Shown here piece by piece: positions 45,445 to 54,727 of a DNA stretch of 64,000 bases. Source of the DNA: Candidatus Tayloriibacteriota bacterium. Lineage in GTDB: Bacteria; Patescibacteriota; Minisyncoccia; Phycocordibacterales; UBA6065. The stretch spans positions 59,597 to 123,596 of the forward strand of contig JACRJQ010000002.1 of assembly GCA_016215405.1 (NCBI GenBank), in the 5' to 3' direction. A model generated the notes under the pieces. It ran no database searches. It worked only from the letters and a program-made list of their open reading frames with translations, and was not told the origin of the DNA. How positions within the stretch are numbered: position 1 is the stretch's first letter; each line of letters starts with the position of its first letter. A program made the translations under genes and the position numbers.

Positions 45445-46833
45445 TTAGAACATCAGGTCTGAACCCGGCTTTACGTGCCCTGTATCGTTCCTTTCCATCT
45501 CCTCTTCGAGCTCCCGTATCCTGTCTTTTATCATCGAAGCGCGGTGGTATTCCTGAGACTCGGCCGCTAGAGTCATCTGCTCGCGGAGATTCTTGATCAT
45601 ATCCTCGAACTCTTCCTTGGTGACGAAGAGCTTTTCCTTCTCTTCGAGGCGCTCTCGTACCTCTTCGTTCTCTTGGCGCGAGAGCTCGTCTACGACGCCG
45701 GTGCGCTGCCATTCAAATCCCGTATAGAGGATGTCCTTATAGAGGTCGTCCGCCCTCTTGAGCTCCTCGGGCTTCGCGGTCCTCGATTCATGGATCGTCT
45801 TTTTCAGGTCGAAAGCCCCCCTCTCTATCATCTCGAGGCTCCACCACGGCCGCGCGGAGGCCCACCAATACTGGTCGGAATGGAGCGAGTAGTCGAGCGT
45901 CTCGCGGGACTTCTGCGTCTCATCGCGGCGAACCACGTCGATCGCGAGGTTCGTAAGCTCCCATTGCGCGACCTGCACCTTGTTCTTCGGATTCTTCCAG
46001 CGCAAGAACGGCTCGCCTATCGAGAAATCGCGAGGGACGGAGGCCCACGTCGAAGGGCGCGGGTCTATCTTCTCTACCGGAAGCCCGAGCTCGAGCACGT
46101 CGCCTAGCGAGAGCGACTCGATCTTGGTATCGGAAAGGAGGTCGAAGAGGAGCTTCTCGAGGCCCGGCCTGTGGTGACCGAATGTCTCGCCGTCCATGCC
46201 TGTGACCGTGTACTCGTTCTTGCCGAACCGCGGCTCGAGGAAGCGCATGATGGCAGGCAGGGTCGAGAGCTGCGAGGCGGAGAGTATCTTGAAGGAGAAA
46301 TTCCTCTCGCGGAAGAATACATAAAAGCCTTCGACCCCTTCGATCTCATAGACCTTCTCTCTCGAAGGGTGGCCTTCGCCGGGAAAAGCGAGCTCGTCGA
46401 TGATGATCCACTTATACCCCATCTTCTTCGCGACCTGGACCACCTTTTTCGAATAGGCCATCTCAGGCGAGAAGAATCCCCCTTTCTTCCATTTGGTGCC
46501 GAAATATCGATTGAGCCCTTCTTCGTTGAGACGTATCTGCCTCTCGATCTCCTCTTCCGGGAGCAATGGCAGGAACGCATGGTATTTCGCGCTTCCGGTG
46601 ATCTCAACCCCTCCCGATTCGATGAGAGCGCGGATGTTGTCGATAACGTCGGTCGCTCCGTTCTGCTCGAGGAGCTCGCAGAGGACGCTGTTTATGTTAA
46701 GCGTGACCCGAGCGCGAGGGATTCCTCGCAGGCCGGAGAAGAGCTTTCGGTAGCATTCGTCGGCGATACGCCTCACCCAGATCGGCTTTTGAGTCGGTGG
46801 CTGATATACGTGGAGGAAATTGGCCCATCTCAT
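45445..46833 (-). CDS. Glycoside hydrolase family 57 with a C-terminal UVR-like coiled coil
   Basis: HVYQP, YHAFLPL, PEMAY, DGETFGHH, SDQYWW; M..AA....Y.RA..IKDRIREL. Confidence 0.85.
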   Translation of the reverse strand: MRWANFLHVYQPPTQKPIWVRRIADECYRKLFSGLRGIPRARVTLNINSVLCELLEQNGATDVIDNIRALIESGGVEITGSAKYHAFLPLLPEEEIERQIRLNEEGLNRYFGTKWKKGGFFSPEMAYSKKVVQVAKKMGYKWIIIDELAFPGEGHPSREKVYEIEGVEGFYVFFRERNFSFKILSASQLSTLPAIMRFLEPRFGKNEYTVTGMDGETFGHHRPGLEKLLFDLLSDTKIESLSLGDVLELGLPVEKIDPRPSTWASVPRDFSIGEPFLRWKNPKNKVQVAQWELTNLAIDVVRRDETQKSRETLDYSLHSDQYWWASARPWWSLEMIERGAFDLKKTIHESRTAKPEELKRADDLYKDILYTGFEWQRTGVVDELSRQENEEVRERLEEKEKLFVTKEEFEDMIKNLREQMTLAAESQEYHRASMIKDRIRELEEEMERNDTGHVKPGSDLMF

Positions 46834-46864
46834 ATCGTTTTATGTGGTTACGGGATAATACGCC

Positions 46865-48385
46865 TTACTCCTCCTTTTTGAGCTCGCGCTCGCGGAGCTT
46901 TGCGGCTCTGTCGAACACCTCGAGATACCTCACCGCCGATTTCTCCCAAGAGAAGTCCTCCGACATCCCTCTCTTTATGAGCTTGTTCCATTCCTTTTTA
47001 TTCCTGAAATTCTCGAAGGCGCGGATAAGGGCGATCATGACCGACGAAGAATCGAACTTGTCGAACACGAATCCGGTGCCCGCGCCTTTGTCTGGATCGT
47101 AGTCTTTGACGCTGTCGGCGAGGCCTCCGGTCCTCCTCACGACAGGGACCGCGCCCATCCTCATGGCTTCCATCTGGACGAGCCCGCACGGTTCGAACTG
47201 AGAAGGCACCAGAGCGACGTCCGCTCCGGCGAATACGACATGCGGCAAGACTGCGTCGAACGAGAGGTGCGCGGCGACGCGGCCTGGGTATTTGGTCTCC
47301 AATCCGTGGAAGAAGCCCATAAGGTCAGCGTCTCCGGAACCTACGACGACGAGCTGCATCGGAAGCTCTTGCATGAGGATATCCGCGATCGGATAGAGGA
47401 GCTCGAACCCTTTCTGCTTTGAAAGCCTGGAAACGATCCCTACGACGAACGCGTTCCTGTTACGCTCAAGCCCGAAGCGCTCCTGGAGCACCGTCTTGTT
47501 CCTGGCCCTATCGCCAAGACTCTCCTTGTCGTACTTGTACGAGATGTAAGGGTCTTTCTTCGGATCCCACATCGAGTAATCGATGCCGTTTAGGATACCG
47601 ACGAGCGCGTTACGCCTCTCGCGCAAAAGGCCGTCCAGGAGCTCGCCGTAATCTGCGGTGAGGATCTCCTTCGCATAGTTCGGCGATACCGTCGTCACCA
47701 TATCGGCGTGCATGATACCGCGGCGCATGCAGTTTATCTTGGTGAGGCGAGGATTCTCGAACGCGGGCACGGGAGAATGTCCGTCGTCATAATCCATCTC
47801 TTGGACGAAGCGATGGTCGAACATCCCCTGATAGTAGAGGTTGTGGATCGCGAAGACCGTCGCGATACCATTCACCTGAGGATTCTTCTTGTACTCGATC
47901 CGAAGGTAGTTAAGGACGAGGGCCGCCTGCCAATCGCACGCAACGATGACGTCCGGCTTCCATTCCTTGTGAGCCCGTATGAACTCGATCACGCCGCGGG
48001 CGAGGAGCGCCCAGCGGATAGCGTCGTCGGCGTATCCGTACACGTTCGACCTCTTCTCGTAATATTCCTGGTTCTCGAGGAAATAGGTCGTGACCGGATC
48101 GCCTGCTTTCTTAGGAGTGAATCTCTTCACGTTGCAGACGAGATGGGTCTCGCCCGACTCGTTCCCCGTAGGCACGCTCACGCCCTTCTGAACGAGGTCG
48201 AGCTTCCATTTCTCCTCTATGGAGAGGTATTTTGGTATCATCACCCTGGCGTCGCATCCCTTCTCCCGAAGCGCTCGAGACAGGGAATCCATGACCGAAC
48301 CCAAGCCTCCCACCCTGGCGAACGGAGCCGCCTCCGCGCCGACGAACAACACCCGCGAACCGCCGTTGAATTTAAAAAGCTTCAT
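46865..48385 (-). CDS. glgA: Glycogen synthase
   Basis: RVGGLG, TVSPNYAKEI, SRLSKQKG, PSQFEPCGL. Confidence 0.95.
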   Translation of the reverse strand: MKLFKFNGGSRVLFVGAEAAPFARVGGLGSVMDSLSRALREKGCDARVMIPKYLSIEEKWKLDLVQKGVSVPTGNESGETHLVCNVKRFTPKKAGDPVTTYFLENQEYYEKRSNVYGYADDAIRWALLARGVIEFIRAHKEWKPDVIVACDWQAALVLNYLRIEYKKNPQVNGIATVFAIHNLYYQGMFDHRFVQEMDYDDGHSPVPAFENPRLTKINCMRRGIMHADMVTTVSPNYAKEILTADYGELLDGLLRERRNALVGILNGIDYSMWDPKKDPYISYKYDKESLGDRARNKTVLQERFGLERNRNAFVVGIVSRLSKQKGFELLYPIADILMQELPMQLVVVGSGDADLMGFFHGLETKYPGRVAAHLSFDAVLPHVVFAGADVALVPSQFEPCGLVQMEAMRMGAVPVVRRTGGLADSVKDYDPDKGAGTGFVFDKFDSSSVMIALIRAFENFRNKKEWNKLIKRGMSEDFSWEKSAVRYLEVFDRAAKLRERELKKEE

Positions 48386-48430
48386 GAGTTCCTATTATAC
48401 AACACCCTACTCAGGGAGCCTGGAAAAGGG

Positions 48431-50740
48431 CTATGGCCTATAGAGCCTCTTTCTGTATCCGTCGAGCATTGTAGCCGCAGTATAGCCGTTTTCTACGACT
48501 TTGATGCTTTTGCGCATCATACGGACCCACTTTTCAGGGATGCCTTCTACCTTCCTCTCGTAATACGCGGGAAGGGCCTCGTTTTCGAGCGAATCGTAGA
48601 TGGACCGCGAGACATCGTCGTTAGAGAGGGTCCATCCAAAGCCCTTCCAATCGACCTCCCCCACCCAGCCATCGGGAACGCTCATCTGCAGAGCGCCGTT
48701 AAGCCCGGCTTTCATGCCGCTCGTACCGCACGCCTCGACTCCGAGGAGGGGGGTGTTGAGCCATATGTCGGCGCCTTGAACGAGCTTCTTCGAGAGCTCG
48801 ACCGAATAGCCGGGGATATACGCGACCTTGCCTTTAAAAGCCGGATCAGAGGCGATCGCCCGCACCTTTTCCTCGATCGCCTTGCTCTCCGGGGACTCCG
48901 CGTAGACCTTTCCCGAGATGACGATCTGAAGAGGGCGGAGAGGGTCGTTAAGGAGCTTCAAGAGCCTTTGCGGGTCGTCGAAGAGCGCGAAGGGCCTCTT
49001 GTAAGGGACGAATCTCCTCGCCCAGACCAAGGTGCAAGCCTTCGGATCGAGAGAGGCCCCCGCCTTCGCGGCCTCGGCGACAAGTTCCTTCCTCAAAGAA
49101 GACTTCGCCGTCCACACGTCGACATCCGAGAGGTCCTTTGCGCGGAAACCAGGCGCCTGCCATCGACCCTGATGCACTCCGTTCGTTATGGGCATGAGCC
49201 TGCTCGAAGGGAATTTCTCCTTCTCGAACCTCGCGTGGAGCGCCGAGACGGCGCTCGCCTTGCCAGAGAGAGAAAGGAGGAACTTTGTCGCCGTGAACAT
49301 GCTCTGATCGGCGTCGTAGGCTCCAAGGAACATGAGAAGGTCCTTGCCTATGCCGAACTCCTGGCAGTATCCTCCCACGTACCGCCAGATGTCCTCTATC
49401 GAAGCGAGGGCTCCAGCGGGCAGGATCGTGTGCTTAGTCGCGACCACCCTATTGCGAACCGCCTCGAGAGCGGCGGCCTTCGATCCTTTCCCGGCCGGCG
49501 TACCCTCCGCGAGGAGCGCCAGAGCGGCGAACGCCATATTGCCTTCGTTTATATGATACGTCTTCGGCTCGATGCCGAGGGCCTTAAGGAGCCTATATCC
49601 GCCGATCCCTATGAGGATCTGCTGCCGCAAGCGCCTGTCGAAGTCCCTGTCATAGAGGTTACCGCGCGCCCGGTCCCTCGGGTCGTTCTCTTCTACGTCT
49701 GGATCGACGAGGTACAAGAGAGCGGAACCGAACCTCTTCTCCCACGCGCGCACAGAGACCTTCCTTCCCTCTATAGGGACCTCTACCGAAGCAGGCGAAC
49801 CTGAAGCAAGGGACGCCGCCTTAAAGCCGAGAGTCGACGGGTCCATCCCGTCATACGCCATTCCCAAAGCGACGAAGGAGGCGCCTTCTTCTCCTGCCTC
49901 GAAGAGAAGGTCGGCGGCCAAGACTCCGAGGCCCCCCGCATACATGCGGCCGTCGCCCCCGAGAGCGTATTCCGCGCAGAAGTAAGCGACCTCGAACTCT
50001 CGCTTGCTCCCTGAAGCGCCTTTTATGAGCCCCTCGATTATCTTTTCCGTGGCTTTTGGCCCGGAAGTCGAAACCGTCGCGACGCCTGTAGTCTTTACGC
50101 ACTCGTCATTTCCGCCGCCGTCGAGGGCATCGCCGACGAATACGGCGTCCGAAGGAGATATTTTCAAATATTCCAAGAGCTTGTTGACTCCGTAGGCCTT
50201 GTCGATTCCTTCTTCGGTGAAATCGATCGATGTCGATCCGCCTATCGACATAGAGACCCCGGGGAGGAGGGTCTTTAGATGGTCGACGAGAGCCCTCCTC
50301 TTCTCGCGGGTCGGGTCGAACGCGTACTTCTCTTCGAGCGGCGCGTCCTTGCCCAAAGCGGCATAGGTCATGAGGGTGCCCCTATCTTCGATATGCCTGC
50401 CAAGGTCTAGAGGCGACGCGCCGATCGCTTTCGCGAGCCTTTCAAGGATAGCGCGCCTCTTCTCGTCGCCAAGCTTTCGGGAATATACCCTCCTCCAGGC
50501 GCCGTCCTCGTAGACCCTGAGCTCCGCGCCTCCCGTAGGCAGGCAATACAGATTGCCCTTCTTCGAATGCGAGAGGCTCGAGACGACCTGATGATCGAAA
50601 CCCTCCATGGACTCGCCGGAGACGATCGCTACAGGCATCAGGTCGACGAGCTCGGACAAAAGAGCCGCCGCTCTCGGGGATATGCGGGAGCGGCTCTCAG
50701 TGAGCGTATTGTCTATATCGAATATGGCTATCTTTGGCAT
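48431..50740 (-). CDS. HAD-IIB (phosphomannomutase-like) domain fused to alpha-glucan phosphorylase
   Basis: FDIDNTL, GGSTSID, K..G, GD...GGND; then YAGGLG, HINEG, ITNGVH, ARRFVPYKR, EACGTSGMKA. Confidence 0.88.
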   Translation of the reverse strand: MPKIAIFDIDNTLTESRSRISPRAAALLSELVDLMPVAIVSGESMEGFDHQVVSSLSHSKKGNLYCLPTGGAELRVYEDGAWRRVYSRKLGDEKRRAILERLAKAIGASPLDLGRHIEDRGTLMTYAALGKDAPLEEKYAFDPTREKRRALVDHLKTLLPGVSMSIGGSTSIDFTEEGIDKAYGVNKLLEYLKISPSDAVFVGDALDGGGNDECVKTTGVATVSTSGPKATEKIIEGLIKGASGSKREFEVAYFCAEYALGGDGRMYAGGLGVLAADLLFEAGEEGASFVALGMAYDGMDPSTLGFKAASLASGSPASVEVPIEGRKVSVRAWEKRFGSALLYLVDPDVEENDPRDRARGNLYDRDFDRRLRQQILIGIGGYRLLKALGIEPKTYHINEGNMAFAALALLAEGTPAGKGSKAAALEAVRNRVVATKHTILPAGALASIEDIWRYVGGYCQEFGIGKDLLMFLGAYDADQSMFTATKFLLSLSGKASAVSALHARFEKEKFPSSRLMPITNGVHQGRWQAPGFRAKDLSDVDVWTAKSSLRKELVAEAAKAGASLDPKACTLVWARRFVPYKRPFALFDDPQRLLKLLNDPLRPLQIVISGKVYAESPESKAIEEKVRAIASDPAFKGKVAYIPGYSVELSKKLVQGADIWLNTPLLGVEACGTSGMKAGLNGALQMSVPDGWVGEVDWKGFGWTLSNDDVSRSIYDSLENEALPAYYERKVEGIPEKWVRMMRKSIKVVENGYTAATMLDGYRKRLYRP

Positions 50741-50749
50741 GGATGCTCG

Positions 50750-51100
50750 TTACCCCTCGTGCCCGAAAAGACCGTCTATCTTCGCCGCCAGTATGAAATC
50801 GTTCTCGGAAAGGCCTCCGATCGCATGGGTCGATAGGTCGAACCGCACCTTATTATACGAGATATGGATGTCAGGATGATGGCCTTCGGCTTGAGCCAAA
50901 GACGCCACCTTCGAAACGAACCCCATCGCCTCCTCGAAATCCGCGAATCGAAAGCCGCGCGATATCGTCTTGCCGTCCTCTGCCATCCGCCACTGCGGCG
51001 TCTGGACGAGCAGGGCTGCGGCCGCCTCCCGCGCGAGAGAAGGCACGCCGCCTTCGCAGGCGACGCATTTCTTATCCTTAAGGTCGATTATCTTTCCCAT
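50750..51100 (-). CDS. Pterin-4-alpha-carbinolamine dehydratase
   Basis: EGHHPDI, THAIGGLSENDFILAAKID. Confidence 0.93.
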   Translation of the reverse strand: MGKIIDLKDKKCVACEGGVPSLAREAAAALLVQTPQWRMAEDGKTISRGFRFADFEEAMGFVSKVASLAQAEGHHPDIHISYNKVRFDLSTHAIGGLSENDFILAAKIDGLFGHEG

Positions 51101-51128
51101 AGTACTTATACGAGCGAGAGGCTCCCGT

Positions 51129-52112
51129 TCATCTCTTCTTCAAGGAGAGCGAGATCACGTGATCGAGGAATTCGGGCAACGACGAGCCGACGGCCCTTAG
51201 CGATTTAGGAAGGAGGGATTCCGGCGTGAGTCCCGGCAACGAGTTCACCTCGAGGAAGAATACACCCCTCTTCGGATGGATCATGAAGTCGGAACGGGAA
51301 TAGTGGCGCAGGCCGAGCTCTTTGTGGACCGCCTTAGCAGCCTCTTCGATCTCGCACTTGACCTTCTCGTCGAAATTGCCCGGACAGACCTCTTCGCTCT
51401 TGCCGCTGTATTTGGCTATGTAGTCGAAGAAGGGCGAGAGCTTGCGCGGGATGATCTCGATCGAAGGCAGCGCGTAATGAGCCTCGCCGCGGAACCCGTC
51501 GAGCACCCCGCAGGTGGCTTCGCGACCTTCGATGAGCTCTTCGATAATGACCGTATCCGAATGCTCGAGGGCCTTCTCGAGAGCGAATTCCAGGTCGAAG
51601 AAATTGCGCACTATATTGACCCCCAGGGACGATCCGGCGGAATTCGGCTTTACGATCGAAGGATGCGGTATCTCGCGGAATATGGCGTGAGCGCCTCTCG
51701 CAAGGATGTCTTCGCGAGAGAATGCTTTGTGCGCGGCGAGCCTCACCTTCCCCTTGAGGCCTTTGAGTGCCGTCTTCGCGTGATGCTTGTTCATGGCGAT
51801 GGCCGCAGCGAAGGCCTTCGAGCCGGTGAACGGGATCCCCAGATGCTCGAGGATCCTCTGCACCTTACCGTCTTCGCCGAATTGGCCGTGGAGCGCGACA
51901 AAAGCGACGTCGGCGTGCTTGAGGGCGTCGGCAGGCGACTTTTCGATCCCGTGCACGTGCCATATCCCCTCTTTCGATATGAATACGTCGATGCCCTGAT
52001 ATTTCTCTGGGAGGCTCTTGAGCACGGTATCGCCCGACTGGAGCGAGACCTCGTACTCCGACGAAGGGCCGCCTCGCAGAACCGCGACCCGGGTCTTGTG
52101 AGCGAATGACAT
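51129..52112 (-). CDS. ddl: D-alanine--D-alanine ligase
   Basis: GGPSSEYEVS, LHGQFGEDG, GSSLG, FDYIAKY, LEVNSLPG. Confidence 0.95.
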   Translation of the reverse strand: MSFAHKTRVAVLRGGPSSEYEVSLQSGDTVLKSLPEKYQGIDVFISKEGIWHVHGIEKSPADALKHADVAFVALHGQFGEDGKVQRILEHLGIPFTGSKAFAAAIAMNKHHAKTALKGLKGKVRLAAHKAFSREDILARGAHAIFREIPHPSIVKPNSAGSSLGVNIVRNFFDLEFALEKALEHSDTVIIEELIEGREATCGVLDGFRGEAHYALPSIEIIPRKLSPFFDYIAKYSGKSEEVCPGNFDEKVKCEIEEAAKAVHKELGLRHYSRSDFMIHPKRGVFFLEVNSLPGLTPESLLPKSLRAVGSSLPEFLDHVISLSLKKR

Positions 52113-52169
52113 GGGCCCATTATAACTCAAAAATCCGCGGCGGCGTTATCCGTATGCTAGACTTGAGCC

Positions 52170-52367
52170 ATGAGACTCAAGGCGGAATATTTCGACTGGC
52201 TCGGCCTCCTGTCGTTTCCCTTTATCCTCGGCTGCGGCGCCTATATCCTCTACGCAGGAGCGCTCTCGACCTGGGCGGCGTGGCTCCTCGTCGCGATCGG
52301 CGCGGGCGGCGTGCTCGTAGACGGCTTCATCGTCTACAGCTATTTCATAAAGAAAGGCAAAAGCTAG
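52170..52367 (+). CDS. Small two-TM membrane protein
   Basis: 65-aa hydrophobic ORF; TAGACT just upstream of ATG. Confidence 0.6.
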   Translation: MRLKAEYFDWLGLLSFPFILGCGAYILYAGALSTWAAWLLVAIGAGGVLVDGFIVYSYFIKKGKS

Positions 52368-53617
52368 AGCCGTCCCTTTCTCCGATCCCTCATCCTTCGC
52401 AGCTTCCTGTGGTATGCGAGCGCGAACCGATGCGCCTCCGCGTTCGCGAGAAGGATCGCCTTTTTGTGCTCCGCTACGATCGCTTCGTCGCCCGCTATTC
52501 CCTTCGGCCTGTGCTTCTCGTCTTTGACCACAGCGACGACAGGGATAGCCAGCCCTCCTTCTCTGAGGACTTTCTCTGCGAGATTGCGCTGCCCCTCGCC
52601 ACCGTCTATGACCATGAGGTCGGGACGCCTCCATTCTTTATGCTTGAGGCGGCGCTCCAGTATCTCGCGAAGAGACGCCACGTCGTTATTGCCTATCTCC
52701 GGCGAGAGCTTGAATTTGCGGTACTCCCCCTTGGCGGCTTCGCCGTCGCAGACGACCGTCATGACGCCCGCAGACTCCTTGCCCGACATGTGGGCGGTAT
52801 CATACGCCTCTACGCGAAAGGCTTCGGCGCGCGGCTCTTCTTCCGTACGGCTGAAGCCGTCTACGTCCTCCTTTATGAGAGCGATATCCTGGATATGGTC
52901 GAGGGCGAAAAGCTTCCTCTTCGCCTCCGCCGCCTTCTCGAACTCGCGCTTCTTCGCGTATGAGTCCATCTCCGCTTCGAGGACCTTGCAAAGCTTCTTC
53001 TTTTTTCCTTCAAAGAAGAGGATTATGCGGTCGACGTTCTTCTTGTACTCCGCGACCGCCTCATCGGACGCAGTGTCAGGCGCGAGCCCGATCTGCCTAT
53101 AGAACGTGGCGGTGTATTTCGAAGACGAGTGCCTGTCGATATAGGGGAACATCCTCCTTATTATCTTGAGGGCTTCCCTCAGGGCCGAGCCTGACGTAAA
53201 AGGGCCAAACACCTTGCGCACCCTGAGAAGCTTCTTCTGCCTCTCTACATCGAGCGTCCTGCCGCGGATGGTAAGGATGCGAGGGAACCTCTCGCGGGTA
53301 ACGACCACATAATTCCAGCTCTTGTCGTCCTTTTCCTTCACGTTGTAGTCGGGCCAATGCCTCTTTATGAGATTGGCTTCTGCTATGAGCGCTTCGAGTA
53401 TGGAATCGGTCTCTTGCCACTCTATGGCGTCAGACTTGTAGACCATATCGACCATGCGGGGCCCTCTGGTCGATATCAGGTCCGCCGAAAAATAGCTCCG
53501 TACGCGGTCATAGAGAGACGTGGCTTTGCCTATATAGAGGATCTTCCCTTTCTCTTTCCAGAAATATACGCCTGGCGTATCGGGAAGACCGAGCTTTTCG
53601 AACTCTTGGATAGTCAC
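52364..53617 (-). CDS. uvrC: Excinuclease ABC subunit C-like protein (GIY-YIG, UVR and RNase H domains; short)
   Basis: PGVY...YIGKA, M..YA..REFEKAA, EAYDTAH, PDLMVIDGG.GQ, EAHRFA. Confidence 0.9.
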   Translation of the reverse strand: MTIQEFEKLGLPDTPGVYFWKEKGKILYIGKATSLYDRVRSYFSADLISTRGPRMVDMVYKSDAIEWQETDSILEALIAEANLIKRHWPDYNVKEKDDKSWNYVVVTRERFPRILTIRGRTLDVERQKKLLRVRKVFGPFTSGSALREALKIIRRMFPYIDRHSSSKYTATFYRQIGLAPDTASDEAVAEYKKNVDRIILFFEGKKKKLCKVLEAEMDSYAKKREFEKAAEAKRKLFALDHIQDIALIKEDVDGFSRTEEEPRAEAFRVEAYDTAHMSGKESAGVMTVVCDGEAAKGEYRKFKLSPEIGNNDVASLREILERRLKHKEWRRPDLMVIDGGEGQRNLAEKVLREGGLAIPVVAVVKDEKHRPKGIAGDEAIVAEHKKAILLANAEAHRFALAYHRKLRRMRDRRKGRL

Positions 53618-53714
53618 AGGGGATATATTGTACTTTCCCTAGCTTGGTGTAAAGTAAATCCGAAACCCGGCTCTCTCGCAGATCCGGACAACAAAAACCA
53701 AAGATCCAGCACAG

Positions 53715-54062
53715 ATGAACAACGTCACCTATCCCGGTTATGTCCTGTTGTCAGACGGCGGCAAGCTTACCTTCAAGGCAGCGAGCCACAAGATGGCGGT
53801 CGCGGCGGCGCAGAAAGTCCTCAACCTGCGCACCATGACCATGAAGGCGTTTCGCAAAGCGAAAGCCATCGCCATCTACTTCGGCATCCAGGCGCGCCAG
53901 ATCTTCCCCTTCCGCCAGCAGCGCTCGAAAGACGCGCATGCCGACCGGATGCGGAATCGCCAACGGCTGCCCGTGATCGACCACAAGGACGGCATCGACG
54001 TCGGCCGACGGCGGCATTATGTCGCGCCGCAACGCTTCACGGCGATGCTCGCGGCAGCCTAA
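53715..54062 (+). CDS. Hypothetical basic protein
   Basis: 115-aa ORF followed by a terminator at about 54085-54110. Confidence 0.55.
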   Translation: MNNVTYPGYVLLSDGGKLTFKAASHKMAVAAAQKVLNLRTMTMKAFRKAKAIAIYFGIQARQIFPFRQQRSKDAHADRMRNRQRLPVIDHKDGIDVGRRRHYVAPQRFTAMLAAA

Positions 54063-54131
54063 CGTCAGCTCATCTCATCCTTTCGAAGCCCCAGCGTACG
54101 CTGGGGCTTTCAAATCGCCCGAAGATATGGC

Positions 54132-54160
54132 TTGATATATGATATAAAACGTGCTATAAT
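54132..54160 (+). promoter_or_regulatory. Strong sigma70 promoter
   Basis: TTGATA-17-TATAAT with extended TG. Confidence 0.75.
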
Positions 54161-54169
54161 CATGATTGA

Positions 54170-54298
54170 ATGAAAGTTCGACGAAGGACAGTCATAAGAC
54201 ATGCTTCGACTCTCCTTCCCCGCATCAGACCCGCGGGTAAGAAGATTCTAAGCATGCGTTCCGTGAAAAAGCCGAGAGGCCTTTCCGCGGGATCGTGA
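54170..54298 (+). CDS. Possible 42-aa basic small protein (or an sRNA)
   Basis: MKVRRRTVIRHASTLLPRIRPAGKKILSMRSVKKPRGLSAGS between the promoter and the hairpin at 54303-54331. Confidence 0.4.
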   Translation: MKVRRRTVIRHASTLLPRIRPAGKKILSMRSVKKPRGLSAGS

Positions 54299-54408
54299 GA
54301 ACGGACGGGCCGCGCTTCGCGCGGCCCGTCCTTGCCCTTTATATTCTCTTTATCTGCTTCCGATAAGATAGAGACGAGCTTTCACAACCCTTAAACCCGC
54401 TCTTTAAC

Positions 54409-54669
54409 ATGGTCTATCCTGACTCTGGCATGGAATACATGGAGAGGAAGCCTCTCCTTTTGCGCACTGTCGCTTGGTTCTCGACGGGAGCCGTCCTGTT
54501 CGCAGGCGGCCTCGCTTCGCTCTGCGAGGGATGGTTCGGAAACGAAACTTCCCTCGCGTCGCTTCTCGCAGGCATCCTCACCGGCCTGGTGGGCGCATAT
54601 TACCTGAACCGCTACAGCCAGCGGAAATTCCAAGACGGAGGAGGCCGCATCAGGCGCAAGAAGCGCTGA
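54409..54669 (+). CDS. Small two-TM membrane protein
   Basis: Two hydrophobic helices, basic tail. Confidence 0.55.
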   Translation: MVYPDSGMEYMERKPLLLRTVAWFSTGAVLFAGGLASLCEGWFGNETSLASLLAGILTGLVGAYYLNRYSQRKFQDGGGRIRRKKR

Positions 54670-54727
54670 CCCCGGCCCCCCCCGGATCGAAGCGAGCTTT
54701 CGAAAGGACGCTCGCTTTTTTATTGGC

